DNA from: Fidelibacterota bacterium
GTDB lineage: Bacteria; Fidelibacterota; UBA8477
Assembly: GCA_021734065.1 (NCBI GenBank)
Contig: JAIPJQ010000005.1
Location: 1-49,378, forward strand
Direction: 5' to 3'
DNA: 49,378 nucleotides
Shown: positions 11,501-21,405 of the stretch, one piece after another
How positions within the stretch are numbered: position 1 is the first letter of the stretch
How the letters are laid out: the number at the start of each line of letters is the position of its first letter
The notes under the pieces: model-generated
The model's input: the letters and a program-made list of their open reading frames with translations, nothing else
Told to the model about the DNA's origin: nothing
Databases searched by the model: none
Position numbers and translations under genes: made by a program

Positions 11501-12099
11501 ATAGTCGTGGCGTGACATTTTCGTTGACGAAACGGAGAACGGGTCTGTTCTCTGCCGCATTGGACTACACCTACCAGATCACCAAGGGCAACGCGTCGGA
11601 TCCATTGGAACAGTTCTACGCCAATCAGTCCGATCCGCCCCAGGAGGTCCAGAAGAAAATTGTTCATCTGGACTGGGACCAACGCCACACCCTGAATGCG
11701 AATATCACCTTGTCTGAACCTCAAAATTGGGGCGTCAGCCTGTTGCTCCGTTATGGTTCAGGCTTGCCTTATACGCCATCGGTGCAGGGCTTCCAATTGG
11801 ACAAACCCAATTCGGATCGTAAACCGGATGAGTATTCGGTGGATGTGAATGCCCACAAAGATTACACCATCATGGGGAAACAGGTGGTTTTCTTCGCCAA
11901 GGTCTATAACCTGTTCGATACCATGAATGAGCGGGTGGTGTTTAACGATACGGGTCGGGCGACCTATTCGTTGATACCCACCTACACGCCGGACAAGGGG
12001 AACGAACCCGGACGGCACAGTTTGGCCGATTATTTAAACCGTCCCAGTTACTTTAGTGCACCGCGCCAATTCCGCGTTGGCTTGCAGTTCGGGTTATAA
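8563..12099 (+). CDS. TonB-dependent outer-membrane receptor 1 (carboxypeptidase-regulatory-like N-terminal domain, plug, barrel) with acidic repeat insertion
   Basis: N-domain GKISGRVTDAETG..LPGVNV. Plug motifs HIRGGRSSEV.YMIDG and SGTFNAEYGQAMSGVINIVTK. Barrel motifs NVGLRYDYF, FSPRIGVAYPI, HFSYGHFFQ.P, GNA.L.PQKT..YE.G and DWDQRHT. C-terminal PRQFRVGLQFGL. Confidence 0.93.
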   Translation: MKRASLQITKIFINQLIVPGILIFSTAAFGSTSGKISGRVTDAETGTSLPGVNVVLEGETLGASTDLNGMYYIINVPVGVYNVRASMMGYAETRVTEVKVLGDLTTEVNFNLTTQVLEAGQVVEVVAERPMVQKDLTSGRSIVSAEDIKEMPVESVSGIIGTKAGVVTGTDGAIHIRGGRSSEVSYMIDGVPMTNPAWGGLSSGVENNAVQELQILSGTFNAEYGQAMSGVINIVTKEGATKFQGSLSGYVGDYYTTHTDVFEYADQFQATNIRNLEGSFSGPVPGLGNKLSFFLSGRYYENGGYLRGVEEHQPGDVNYLSTRTVEELLNSPYGEAGLLNFAEPFDDLNGDGQIEPNSEPYIDFDGNGRYNPGEPFRDVNGNGRYDHPGVDLDGDGFLNPEELEFIDLNGNGVLDGDPFYDYNNNGVLDGEPFIDFNGNGVWDSGAGGSGDVVRMNHSERINFNSKLTWRITPKLKLNYNVLYNGGVSQDYSLAYKYNPLGRGTDDSYSISHILDITHSLSNSFFYNLKGSYYASESKTYYRDLLPNELTVTDQKIFSTLDGLIAYAQTEDLESGKWYGNANDSLLILRVDVTLINSGSGVDFRLSNPESNTYYVGDSLGTTEVDFVGLLEWMKGQWGNSDWEITSDVTLSDVKNNIFLPNTITFSPPNEYYGGGHNSGYTRRKNQTLYLSGSMTWQYNNTHQIKAGVGYKSHVMNYQTFATEVSSSTGWIPDGKTPETSYSNDSYTNWLSDVAKVGTIAQSDRRPQEYFAYIQDKIELVDMIVNVGLRYDYFNPNYYVPGDYKDPDNPRYYLYTTVDSVDGMAFVDTALASEREYQGTGEVIDTLNATGGQWQTYKDFYQYVDPVHQFSPRIGVAYPITDRGIIHFSYGHFFQIPTFAYLYANPEFEIAGDNQSILGNAALKPQKTVKYEIGLQQELAPDLAIELIAFYQDFSGLLSSELKETYNGTRYSIYANSDYGNSRGVTFSLTKRRTGLFSAALDYTYQITKGNASDPLEQFYANQSDPPQEVQKKIVHLDWDQRHTLNANITLSEPQNWGVSLLLRYGSGLPYTPSVQGFQLDKPNSDRKPDEYSVDVNAHKDYTIMGKQVVFFAKVYNLFDTMNERVVFNDTGRATYSLIPTYTPDKGNEPGRHSLADYLNRPSYFSAPRQFRVGLQFGL
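9589..9891 (+). repeat. Seven tandem (EPF)xDx[DN]x[DN]G acidic repeats inside TBDR1
   Basis: Encodes DLNGDG, DFDGNG, DVNGNG, DLDGDG, DLNGNG, DYNNNG and DFNGNG, mostly preceded by EP[FY]x. Confidence 0.85.
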
Positions 12100-12108
12100 G
12101 GAGTTAGC

Positions 12109-15100
12109 ATGCGGAAAATTATTTTATTAATCACATTAGCAACCCTGGGTCTCACTGCCGCAGACCGGGGCGGAATACAGATGCCTACACCTCCGGAGAG
12201 TAAGTCCGATGTAGTAGGCTGGAATCTCTATAACGCCCAGATGGATAGAATTCATCGCATGAGCAAGGCTGCTGCGCGCAGTGACCGGGCCTATAATTTT
12301 CACAATGGCAACCAGGTCAGGACGCTGTTTTATAACTACGGCTCCATTGGAAAACCCAATACCGAACCTTCCATGGAATGGCCTATTGGATCGGGACGCG
12401 GCTATGCGTTTGAATTTGGTGCGGTTGCCGGGGCGGAAGTGCCAACCTATGGCGGCGGAACCAAGCGGATTGTCATTGACGGTTTGACCGTGGCCGGCGT
12501 CCTGGGAAATAACCCGGCCGGCACCCCCAACGACTGGGAGCCGCTACCGGGCTACAATGATCCTTTTGTCCACAAAATCGCCATGAGTGACAGTCCGGAT
12601 GAAGATCGCGACCCTGATGCGCGCCCCGACACCTGGCCGCCCTATAAAACCTCCAATAATCCCTTCTGGTATCCCATCAATGACGTAACCAATCCCGATT
12701 ATCCCGGGAAGTTTGTCTGGCCGGGTGAGTATGGTAAGGGCGTGACAACGGCTGACCAGGAATCCTACTATGTGATGGATGATAGCTACGTTTACCGTCA
12801 CAATTCCTATCCCTGGAGCGAAACCGGTGAGTTACGGGATGATGAATTTTATGCTGATCTGGGCAATCCCGACCGTGGCGGAATTGGTCTGGAAGTGGAA
12901 GCGCGTGGTTATCAGTGGATTGCCACCCGGGCGCAGAATGTGATTTTCTTTGTCTATGAGCTTGAAAACACCGGTGGGGACACACTCGAAAGTGTCTATT
13001 TTGGCATGTACGGTGATCCGCACATCGGTGGCGCCAATGACTATAGCGATGATAATGCCTTCTACGACACATTCATAGATATGGTGTATGCCTGGGATGA
13101 CAATGCCCGCGGTGGTCCTGAATTTGCCGATATCATTCCCGGTTTTTTTGGATACAAATTTTTAGAGTCACCAGGTGAACCTTACGATTTCATCGATAAT
13201 GACGAAGATGGTATGGTGGATGAATCCATGCAGGATGGCATTGACAATGATGGTGACTGGCGACCCTATGATGATTATAACAACAATGGTCAGTGGGATC
13301 CGGGCGAGGCTATTAATGATGATTTGGGTTCCGATGGTTTAGGTCCGGAAGACCCGGGCTATCCCGGTCCCGATGCGGATTACACCGAAGCCAATGGACG
13401 GCCTGATGATGGAGAACCCAATTTTGATCAGACCGACCTGGATGAAGCGGATCAGATTGGTTTGACCGGCTTCATTGTTGAGCAGTACTCAAACAATGGT
13501 GTGGATGATAACACCTTTTTCAATCGTCTGGCCGCGCCCATCATTGACTCCACCTTCCAGCAGCGCTCCGATAATATTTTCCTCTACAGCTCCGGACCTC
13601 TGAAAATGGCTCCTGGTGACCAGCGCCGATTCTCCATTACCATGCTGTTTGGGTATAATATCACCGGAGCTTCCGGTGTAGACCTGTATGAGAATCCACA
13701 TAATACGCGTGATTTATACGCTACAGCGAATGTGGTGCAGGATATTTACAATGCGGGATACCGGTTCACCCGCCCGCCCCTTAAGCCGCGGGTTACAGCC
13801 GTTCCGGGCGATGGTCAGGTCACGCTCTATTGGGATGAGTCATCAGAACGCTCCAAAGATCCCATTTATGGGCATGACTTTGCCGGCTACGCCATTTATC
13901 GAGCCACGGACTTCGGGTTTGAAGAGGTAAAAACCATCACGGATGCCTATGGCAGTCCCTATCTGTGGAAACCCATTGCCAAATTTGACAAAAAAGATGG
14001 CTGGAGCGGACCGCACCCCATCGAGCAGGTCGTAGAGTCCGGTTTGCATTACGATATGGGCAGCAATACGGGACTGGTTCACAGTTTCGTGGACAAGGAC
14101 GTGATCAACGGGCAACGCTACTATTATGCCGTATGCGCCTATGACACCGGCTCCGTCCGCGATACCATTCCGCCCACGGAGACATCCAAAAACATTCAGG
14201 AAACCTTTTCCGGTGAAATCACACTGGACATCAATACGGCTGTAGTGACACCGGCTGCGCCTTCGGTGGGCTATGTGGCGCCTGAAGTGCTGATTTCCGA
14301 CGCTGATTCCGAAAATCCCGGTACCGGGAGCGTGGAAGTCAAAATTATTGATCCCATGCAGGTACCTCACAACCGAGAATTTGATATCCGGTTTATTGAC
14401 AGCCGGACGGATATGGTGGACAATGACGGGGACTGGAAAACCTTCACAGATGACACCTTATATATTCCGGTGGGGTCCTATGTAACCCTGGTGGTTCCAC
14501 CCACACCGGACACGGTGAGTTTCGTACAAAATCAGGATACGACCGTAGCTGTCACCGGTGCAGTAGGTGAACATTTCGTCTATAGTGGTTTGTGGTGGGA
14601 GATTAATCAGCTTATCAGTGGTACGATAAAAGATTCGGTTATCATACCGGACACCTCATTCACACTGCTACCCACACTGGATATCTGGGACCCGCTCACG
14701 GACGGCTCTGTAAACCACGATGTTGGTACTGATGGCTGCTCGGATATTTACGAAATTGCCGGTGGTGGCTGTTCCGACACGCCCATTGCCGGTGTGAATC
14801 CCGGGGATGATCCCCACGGGGACAACTGGCATCCGGAGTTGAATCCAAACGGTACCGAAGCCAATGGTCGTCCCGATGCAGGTGAACCCAATGTGGATGA
14901 GAATGACATCCAGGAACAGGTTCGTGAGACCCAGTACTTCCAGCTTTGGGATATTACCGATCCCAACAATGAATTCATTGTATTGGACCGCCAGGATGCA
15001 CTGCAGGGTGAGGACAAGAACCATATTCTGAATGGCATTCAGGTCTTTGTCCACAATGACTCCATTGCGCCGGATTCGGCCAATACCGGCTGGATCAACG

Positions 15101-16818
15101 GAAATTGTGTTTGGGATTTTAAAATTATGATTAATCCCGGTCCGCCGCAGAAGGGAATTCCATTTCCTGGAGTATATCAGTTGGCGATTGCTGATTCGAG
15201 TGTTTACACGGGACCTCTTGGCACAAACAATTTTATTATAACCGATGCATTGTCCGGGGATACTGTGGATTACTATTCACCTGAGAAATATCCCGTGTCA
15301 AATAAAAATATTGATTTTCTGGAATTGCCGGAACCCGGTCAATGGCAATCCGCCATTCGAACCTGGCGTTTGGTTCCTCAATCCAGGATTCCAAATGTTT
15401 CAGCAGTATTAAGCGATGACAATGGCATCCTGGTAGGTTCCAGTAGTGGTTTACACTATTATAATGTGAACACCAAATCTTGGACTGGCTGGACCAAAAA
15501 GTCTACTGGCGGAAATCTTATAACTAATATCATTTATGACATTAAGGCCGTGGGTTCAGCCTGGTGGATTGCTACTGGATTTGGTCCGGAAGCCTTTGAT
15601 GGAATTCATTGGTATCGTAATTATCGCTTAGAACAAATTTTCGATATAACCAATTATTCCGGGAAGGACATAAGCGATCCCGAGTTTAGTCGTACTTATG
15701 CAAAGTGCATTGCCATCGATGAAGATCAGCAAGGCAGAATCTGGTTTGCCACAGCCAAGAAAGGCTTGGTACGGGTAAACACCAATGGAACCCTCGAAAC
15801 CAGTTTGGACGATGACATCGTGCAGCTTACTACACCGAGCACGATTGACATTGATATTACGACCCGTGCGGTACGCGACATCTTAGTGGATGACCAGAAT
15901 AATCTGTGGATCGCTACAGAAGCCGGTTTGGTTATTTACGATATTGATGCCGACAGTTGGTCTACCATCAAAAAGACAACAGATAATGGTTTGCCCAATA
16001 ACAATTTCCAGACGGTTTACCAGTTGCCGGATGGTACGATTGTGGTGGGGACATCACTGGGATTGGCATTTAAGGTGGGCGACAATTTCGTCACTTATGA
16101 TGATCTGCCCAATGAGACCGTATACAGCTTCTACTACGATGAAACCCAGACGGGGAAAACACTCTGGATTGGAACCAAACAAGGCTTCGCCACCATAGAT
16201 CTTTCCAATGCGGGCAGCACCTACACGGGCTTAACAACGACTAAATTCGAAGCCAGTTATGGTGACACAAGCATTTCCCAGGATACGGATATTCGGTCCA
16301 TTCTGTTCACAGATCAGGGAGGCTGGTTTGGAACCAGTGCAGGGCTCGAACACCGTCTTGCGGAAGAGGAGTGGGATGGTTTCGGTCCGGAGCCGGGCGA
16401 TGTGTTCCAGTTCAAGACGCGCATGCCGTTCAGCTCCCTGGACAGCTACAAGTTCACAACCACCGGAGGACAGGAATCCAAAGATTTGGTGAAGAAAGAT
16501 CTGGATCAGGTGGCTGTGGTGCCCAATCCCTATGTGGCCACCGCCACCTGGGAACGCAAGCCCTACCTGCAATCGGGTCGGGGCGAGCGAAAAGTCTATT
16601 TTATCAACCTTCCTCAGGAATGTACCATCAGGATTTATACAGTGAGTGGAGAATTGGTAAGAAAAATTGAACACAGCAGTACGGTTTATGACGGCAGTGA
16701 GCCGTGGGACCTGCTGAATAATGACAACCTGGAGGTGGCGTATGGTATTTACATCTACCATATCGAATCGCCTGCCTCAGGTGCTGAAACCATCGGCAAA
16801 CTGGCGCTGATTAAATAA
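12109..16818 (+). CDS. Large secreted protein (cargo 1): conserved N-terminal domain, acidic repeats, FN3-like domain, beta-propeller, variant CTD
   Basis: SPI-type signal peptide without a lipobox Cys. DGIDNDGDW / DxG.DG...GEP repeats. FN3-like PP.KP.VTAVPGDGQVTLYWD...Y.IYR...NGQRYYYAV.AYD. Propeller blades. C-terminal VVPNPY...FINLP..CTIRIYT.SG.LV..IEH...WDLL...GIYIYHIE...GKLALIK. Confidence 0.85.
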   Translation: MRKIILLITLATLGLTAADRGGIQMPTPPESKSDVVGWNLYNAQMDRIHRMSKAAARSDRAYNFHNGNQVRTLFYNYGSIGKPNTEPSMEWPIGSGRGYAFEFGAVAGAEVPTYGGGTKRIVIDGLTVAGVLGNNPAGTPNDWEPLPGYNDPFVHKIAMSDSPDEDRDPDARPDTWPPYKTSNNPFWYPINDVTNPDYPGKFVWPGEYGKGVTTADQESYYVMDDSYVYRHNSYPWSETGELRDDEFYADLGNPDRGGIGLEVEARGYQWIATRAQNVIFFVYELENTGGDTLESVYFGMYGDPHIGGANDYSDDNAFYDTFIDMVYAWDDNARGGPEFADIIPGFFGYKFLESPGEPYDFIDNDEDGMVDESMQDGIDNDGDWRPYDDYNNNGQWDPGEAINDDLGSDGLGPEDPGYPGPDADYTEANGRPDDGEPNFDQTDLDEADQIGLTGFIVEQYSNNGVDDNTFFNRLAAPIIDSTFQQRSDNIFLYSSGPLKMAPGDQRRFSITMLFGYNITGASGVDLYENPHNTRDLYATANVVQDIYNAGYRFTRPPLKPRVTAVPGDGQVTLYWDESSERSKDPIYGHDFAGYAIYRATDFGFEEVKTITDAYGSPYLWKPIAKFDKKDGWSGPHPIEQVVESGLHYDMGSNTGLVHSFVDKDVINGQRYYYAVCAYDTGSVRDTIPPTETSKNIQETFSGEITLDINTAVVTPAAPSVGYVAPEVLISDADSENPGTGSVEVKIIDPMQVPHNREFDIRFIDSRTDMVDNDGDWKTFTDDTLYIPVGSYVTLVVPPTPDTVSFVQNQDTTVAVTGAVGEHFVYSGLWWEINQLISGTIKDSVIIPDTSFTLLPTLDIWDPLTDGSVNHDVGTDGCSDIYEIAGGGCSDTPIAGVNPGDDPHGDNWHPELNPNGTEANGRPDAGEPNVDENDIQEQVRETQYFQLWDITDPNNEFIVLDRQDALQGEDKNHILNGIQVFVHNDSIAPDSANTGWINGNCVWDFKIMINPGPPQKGIPFPGVYQLAIADSSVYTGPLGTNNFIITDALSGDTVDYYSPEKYPVSNKNIDFLELPEPGQWQSAIRTWRLVPQSRIPNVSAVLSDDNGILVGSSSGLHYYNVNTKSWTGWTKKSTGGNLITNIIYDIKAVGSAWWIATGFGPEAFDGIHWYRNYRLEQIFDITNYSGKDISDPEFSRTYAKCIAIDEDQQGRIWFATAKKGLVRVNTNGTLETSLDDDIVQLTTPSTIDIDITTRAVRDILVDDQNNLWIATEAGLVIYDIDADSWSTIKKTTDNGLPNNNFQTVYQLPDGTIVVGTSLGLAFKVGDNFVTYDDLPNETVYSFYYDETQTGKTLWIGTKQGFATIDLSNAGSTYTGLTTTKFEASYGDTSISQDTDIRSILFTDQGGWFGTSAGLEHRLAEEEWDGFGPEPGDVFQFKTRMPFSSLDSYKFTTTGGQESKDLVKKDLDQVAVVPNPYVATATWERKPYLQSGRGERKVYFINLPQECTIRIYTVSGELVRKIEHSSTVYDGSEPWDLLNNDNLEVAYGIYIYHIESPASGAETIGKLALIK

Positions 16819-16825
16819 GGAGGCT

Positions 16826-17869
16826 ATGATGTTGAAGAAAATTCTACTCGTTTTAATGGCCGGCCTGATCAGCGTTTCCTTTGCGCAGAATAAAGCCGGT
16901 ACCACGGTGGCTCAATTCCTGAAAATCGGTGTGGGCAGCCGGGCGAATGGTATGGGTGAAGCTTTTGTGGCTTTAAGCGATGACGCCTCCGGTTTGTTTT
17001 GGAATCCGGCCGGTATTTCCCGTGCCGGTGCCACCGAATTCATGTTCGTGCATACCCAATGGATCGCCGATATCGGTTTCGACTATGTGGGTGTGATTGT
17101 CCCTATGTCCGGGATTGGTACAGTGGGCGCCAGTATTACGTCATTAACTATGGCGGATATGCCGGTACGGACGGAGACGCAACCCAACGGTACCGGCGAG
17201 AAATTCTCTGCCAGTGATATGGCGATGCAAATTTCGCTCGCACGGAATCTTACGGACCGGTTTTCCATCGGGTTCAATGCCAAATTCATCCAGCAGAGTA
17301 TCTGGCACATGAGCGCCAAGGGAATGGCTGTTGATGTTGGCACGTTGTTCAAAACCCAGTTCCATGATATGCGATTGGGAATGAGTATTTCCAATTTTGG
17401 GACCTCCATGCAGATGACCGGCCGTGACGCATTGGTCACGTATGACCCGGATCCGGAAGCTGAAGGCAATAACCCTTTAATTCCGGCCTATCTGGCTATG
17501 GACGAATCAGCCCTGCCCCTCATGTTCCGGGTGGGGGTTGCCATGGATGTGTGGAGCCAGGGTTCATCCAAATTGACCGTGGCCGTGGATGCCTTGCATC
17601 CCAACGACAATTATGAGAGTTTGAATATTGGCACTGAACTGAATATCGCCAATCTGGTATTCCTGCGGGGTGGCTGGAAATCGCCATTTGTGGAGACCAA
17701 CACCGCCAGCAGCACGGAAAATTGGGAGCGTCGTGAAGAGGGATTCACAGTGGGTGCCGGCGTGGATATTCCACTCATGGGGTCAAGTGGTCTGAAATTT
17801 GACTATTCCTTTGCTGACTTTGGACGATTGAAAAATGCGCAGCGGTTTACGCTGAACCTGTATTTTTAA
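16826..17869 (+). CDS. PorV/PorQ-family (UPF0164-like) outer-membrane beta-barrel 1
   Basis: Signal peptide. GTT.AQFLKIGVGSRA.GMGEAF.A..DD....FWNPAG is the FadL/PorV-type N-terminus. HT.W.ADI. C-terminal beta-signal RFTLNLYF. AGGAGG RBS. Confidence 0.88.
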   Translation: MMLKKILLVLMAGLISVSFAQNKAGTTVAQFLKIGVGSRANGMGEAFVALSDDASGLFWNPAGISRAGATEFMFVHTQWIADIGFDYVGVIVPMSGIGTVGASITSLTMADMPVRTETQPNGTGEKFSASDMAMQISLARNLTDRFSIGFNAKFIQQSIWHMSAKGMAVDVGTLFKTQFHDMRLGMSISNFGTSMQMTGRDALVTYDPDPEAEGNNPLIPAYLAMDESALPLMFRVGVAMDVWSQGSSKLTVAVDALHPNDNYESLNIGTELNIANLVFLRGGWKSPFVETNTASSTENWERREEGFTVGAGVDIPLMGSSGLKFDYSFADFGRLKNAQRFTLNLYF

Positions 17870-17995
17870 TCAGGGTAATTAAGGGCCGGTGCAGCGTTTT
17901 CGGGGAGAGAAACAGCTGAACATGAACAGACCAATCGTAAATACAGCGGTTATACCGCACCGAAAAATAAATTCATATGAATTGCTAATAACCAG

Positions 17996-18026
17996 GGAAT
18001 CCGGCCTCTTGCCGGATTCTTTATTT
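17996..18026 (+). terminator. Terminator-like hairpin immediately upstream of the TBDR2 RBS
   Basis: GGAATCCGGC-CTCTT-GCCGGATTCT followed by TTATTT. Confidence 0.6.
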
Positions 18027-18043
18027 GTGCAAATGAGGGTAAT

Positions 18044-21000
18044 ATGCTGAAAAAAGGGGCTAAAGCACTCTTACTGGGATTGATTTTTCCTGCGTTCCTG
18101 TTTGCCGGGACCACAGGGAAGATATCCGGCCTGGTCACAGATGCCGACACCGGCGAACCGCTCATTGGGGTGAATGTGATGGTGTCAGATCTGGGTACCG
18201 GCGCCGCCACGGGCTTGGACGGGCGCTACATCATTTTAAATATCCCTCCGGGTATTTATGAGGTTCGCTTCTCCATGATTGGTTATGCCCAAAGAAATGT
18301 TGAGGGCGTGCGCGTCATGGTGGATCTCACCACCCCACTGGATGCCGAGTTAACCACCAGTATTATCGAAGGTGAGTCGGTCACGGTGACGGCTGACCGT
18401 TCCATGGTTCAGGCAGACATTACCTTTTCACAATCCAATATCAGCGCTTCCGATTTGAGCGCCATGCCCGTTGAGGAATTTGAAGAAGTCATCTCCCTCC
18501 AGGCCGGTGTGGTGCAGGGGACCGGTGGCGAAATCCATATCCGCGGCGGTCGCTCCTCAGAAGTAGGCTATATGGTTGACGGTATTTCCGTGACGGATCC
18601 CTACACAGCATCCATGGCGATTGAGGTGGAAAATAACGCCATTCAGGAACTGCAGCTCATTTCCGGTACATTCAATGCCGAATATGGCCAGGCCATGTCC
18701 GGTATTATCAATATCGTCACCAAAGAGGGCGACATGAAAAAATACGGAGGCAATATCGACTTCCGTATCGGTCGTTATGCCTCCACCGATCCCAAGATCT
18801 ATTTTGGCGGTATGCCGGATAGTATGTATGACAAAGCTGGAACGGAAAACATTAATCTGTTGGGGCTTGGTGACGGGTTTACACCGACGCTGCTCAATGA
18901 TATTCAGGGCAGTATTAATGGTCCCATACCCGGATTGAATGGCAAGGCATCCTTCTATCTCTCCGGCCGTTACTATCGCGGTGATGGGTATCTCTATGGT
19001 ATCCGGCAGTACAACCCGGAAAGCTATACCTGGAGTGTCTCCAACTCACAGGCGGTTCCCAACACAGAATACTATCTGGATTACGAAGACATCGGCATTG
19101 ATAACTGTACCGATGAATTCGAGGATGGGATGGGCGGATGTTCACCCGCTCCAACCAATCTGGGTGATGATCCCAATGGCGATAATTGGCATCCACTGTT
19201 CAATCCCGGTGGAACCGAAAATAACAATCGCTGGGATGCAGGTGAATTGGGAAATGGTGTCTGGGATGGGGGCGATTATATCGAATATTTCGGGCACAAT
19301 ATCCTTTACGATGTGGCTTCCGGTGAATGGTACCGGGACATGGACGGCAATGGCATTTTCATCGAAGGTACGGACTGGTTTGTTACCGATAGCCTCACCT
19401 TTGTGGATGCCAATGGCAATGGCGTGATTGATGGTGAAATATTTTACGATGCCAATGGTGACGGTGTTTGGAGCAGCGATTTTGGTGATGGCAGCGTGGT
19501 ACCCATGAGCCCCACCCATCAGGTGTCACTCCAGGGTAAAGTCGCTTTTAAACTTGGCAACCATATGAAAGTCTCCGTGAATACGATTTACAGCACCACT
19601 CGTAGTGAAGGCTATTCCCACAAGTGGAAATTCAATCCCGATGGCCGTGCCAGTTCGTATCGGGATAACATGAATGTGAGCGTCAGTTTACAACACAATC
19701 TGAGTCCAAGTACTTTCTACACGCTTAAAGCCTCATCCGTGGTGAATATGACCCGCGGATATCTGTTCGATGTATTTGATGTGAACTGGAGCAGCATTCT
19801 GTTAAAAAATGTCTTCTCACCATTCATCTCAAAAAGTGAAGTACTCACCGATTTTGGATTTCCGGGTGAATCGGATGTGGTGGATTCTCAACTGCAGCAG
19901 TACGCCGTTAGTGGCGACATTTTTACTGCCTCTTCCGGGTATAAATACTATCTGGGTGGTATCTCCAGCGGACAATCCCAACGGATGACCCACACCAATG
20001 TGTATAAGGCGGATATGACCAGTCAGATCAACGATGTCCATTCGTTGCGGATGGGTTTTGAATATCGCCAAAATGCAATTTTAAGTCGCAATTTCTCGAT
20101 TCTCTACGATCCCAATGGTCAATTTGCCACACCGACCATCATCTGGCCTTCGGTGGAGCCCACCAGCAGCAGTTTCGATCAGTTGCTGAAATTCCCCTGG
20201 GAAATGGCGACCTACCTGCAGGATAAAATCGAATTGCAGGATATGATTGTGAATGCCGGTCTGCGCTTTGAAGTGTTCGAACCGGACGGCGGTGTTTTGA
20301 GCGACCCGGCTGATCCCAATCCACGGGATCCTCTGAAATTAATCAACAAATATTTCGATTTGGATGGTTCCGGGACCATTACAGCAGATGAAGCGGTGCC
20401 TACGAATGGCAAAACGCTGGAAGACCGGTTGGAATATTGGTTCATCCCGGCGAAGAAGAAATACCAGTTGAGTCCGCGGGTGGCCGTTGCCTATCCCATC
20501 ACGGATGAGGGCGCGCTTCACTTCAGCTACGGGCATTTCTTCCAGATTCCACCTTATTCCTATCTGTATGCCAACCCGGATTTCGAAGTATCACGCGGTT
20601 CCGGTATCGGAACCACGCTTGGAAATGCGGATCTGGAACCGCAGCGTACGGTCCAGTACGAAGTGGGTCTGCAACAGCAATTGAGTGATAATATTGGTGT
20701 CGATATAACCGGATTTTACAAGGATATCCGCAACCTGCTGGGCTCGAAAATCGTGGATACCTTCAGTGCCGGTGATGCCTATGCGCTGTATATCAATCGG
20801 GATTATGGCAACACGCGTGGTGTTACCATTGCCCTGCGGAAACGCATGAGTGACGGTCTGGCAGCGAATATTGACTACACCTTCAGTGTGGCGCAGGGAA
20901 ATGCCTCTGATCCGGCATCGGCGTACTTTGACGCGAATAACGGCATTGAACCGGAGAAACAGTTGGTTTTTCTGGACTGGGACCAGCGGCATACGGTAAA

Positions 21001-21394
21001 TGGTTCGGTTACCTTCAATTTACCGTATGATTTCATGACCAGTTTTATCGGGACATACGGTTCCGGCCTGCCATACACACCCAGCTTTGCCGGAGAACGG
21101 ACATCGTTTGAGAATAGCGAGCGCCGTCCGGCTCAGATAAACCTGGACATGCGGGTCACCAAATCCTTCCGGATGATCGGGACAAAGTGGACATTCAACC
21201 TTAATGTGTACAATGTCCTGGATCGTCGGAATGAAGTAGTCGTCTATTCAGACACCGGTCGCTCCGGGTATTCATTGATACCCACCTACACACCGGAGGA
21301 CCAGGGCGTTAACTCGCTCAGTGATTATCTCTTCCGTCCTGACTACTACTCATCACCCCGTCAAATACGAATCGGAATGTCCGCAGCATTCTAA
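18044..21394 (+). CDS. TonB-dependent outer-membrane receptor 2 (paralogue of TBDR1)
   Basis: Same motif set as TBDR1: GKISGLVTD, HIRGGRSSEV, SGTFNAEYGQAMSG.INIVTK, SPRVAVAYPI, HFSYGHFFQIP, LDWDQRHT, YSLIPTYTP and PRQIRIGMSAAF. Confidence 0.93.
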   Translation: MLKKGAKALLLGLIFPAFLFAGTTGKISGLVTDADTGEPLIGVNVMVSDLGTGAATGLDGRYIILNIPPGIYEVRFSMIGYAQRNVEGVRVMVDLTTPLDAELTTSIIEGESVTVTADRSMVQADITFSQSNISASDLSAMPVEEFEEVISLQAGVVQGTGGEIHIRGGRSSEVGYMVDGISVTDPYTASMAIEVENNAIQELQLISGTFNAEYGQAMSGIINIVTKEGDMKKYGGNIDFRIGRYASTDPKIYFGGMPDSMYDKAGTENINLLGLGDGFTPTLLNDIQGSINGPIPGLNGKASFYLSGRYYRGDGYLYGIRQYNPESYTWSVSNSQAVPNTEYYLDYEDIGIDNCTDEFEDGMGGCSPAPTNLGDDPNGDNWHPLFNPGGTENNNRWDAGELGNGVWDGGDYIEYFGHNILYDVASGEWYRDMDGNGIFIEGTDWFVTDSLTFVDANGNGVIDGEIFYDANGDGVWSSDFGDGSVVPMSPTHQVSLQGKVAFKLGNHMKVSVNTIYSTTRSEGYSHKWKFNPDGRASSYRDNMNVSVSLQHNLSPSTFYTLKASSVVNMTRGYLFDVFDVNWSSILLKNVFSPFISKSEVLTDFGFPGESDVVDSQLQQYAVSGDIFTASSGYKYYLGGISSGQSQRMTHTNVYKADMTSQINDVHSLRMGFEYRQNAILSRNFSILYDPNGQFATPTIIWPSVEPTSSSFDQLLKFPWEMATYLQDKIELQDMIVNAGLRFEVFEPDGGVLSDPADPNPRDPLKLINKYFDLDGSGTITADEAVPTNGKTLEDRLEYWFIPAKKKYQLSPRVAVAYPITDEGALHFSYGHFFQIPPYSYLYANPDFEVSRGSGIGTTLGNADLEPQRTVQYEVGLQQQLSDNIGVDITGFYKDIRNLLGSKIVDTFSAGDAYALYINRDYGNTRGVTIALRKRMSDGLAANIDYTFSVAQGNASDPASAYFDANNGIEPEKQLVFLDWDQRHTVNGSVTFNLPYDFMTSFIGTYGSGLPYTPSFAGERTSFENSERRPAQINLDMRVTKSFRMIGTKWTFNLNVYNVLDRRNEVVVYSDTGRSGYSLIPTYTPEDQGVNSLSDYLFRPDYYSSPRQIRIGMSAAF

Positions 21395-21405
21395 TGAGGA
21401 ATCCC

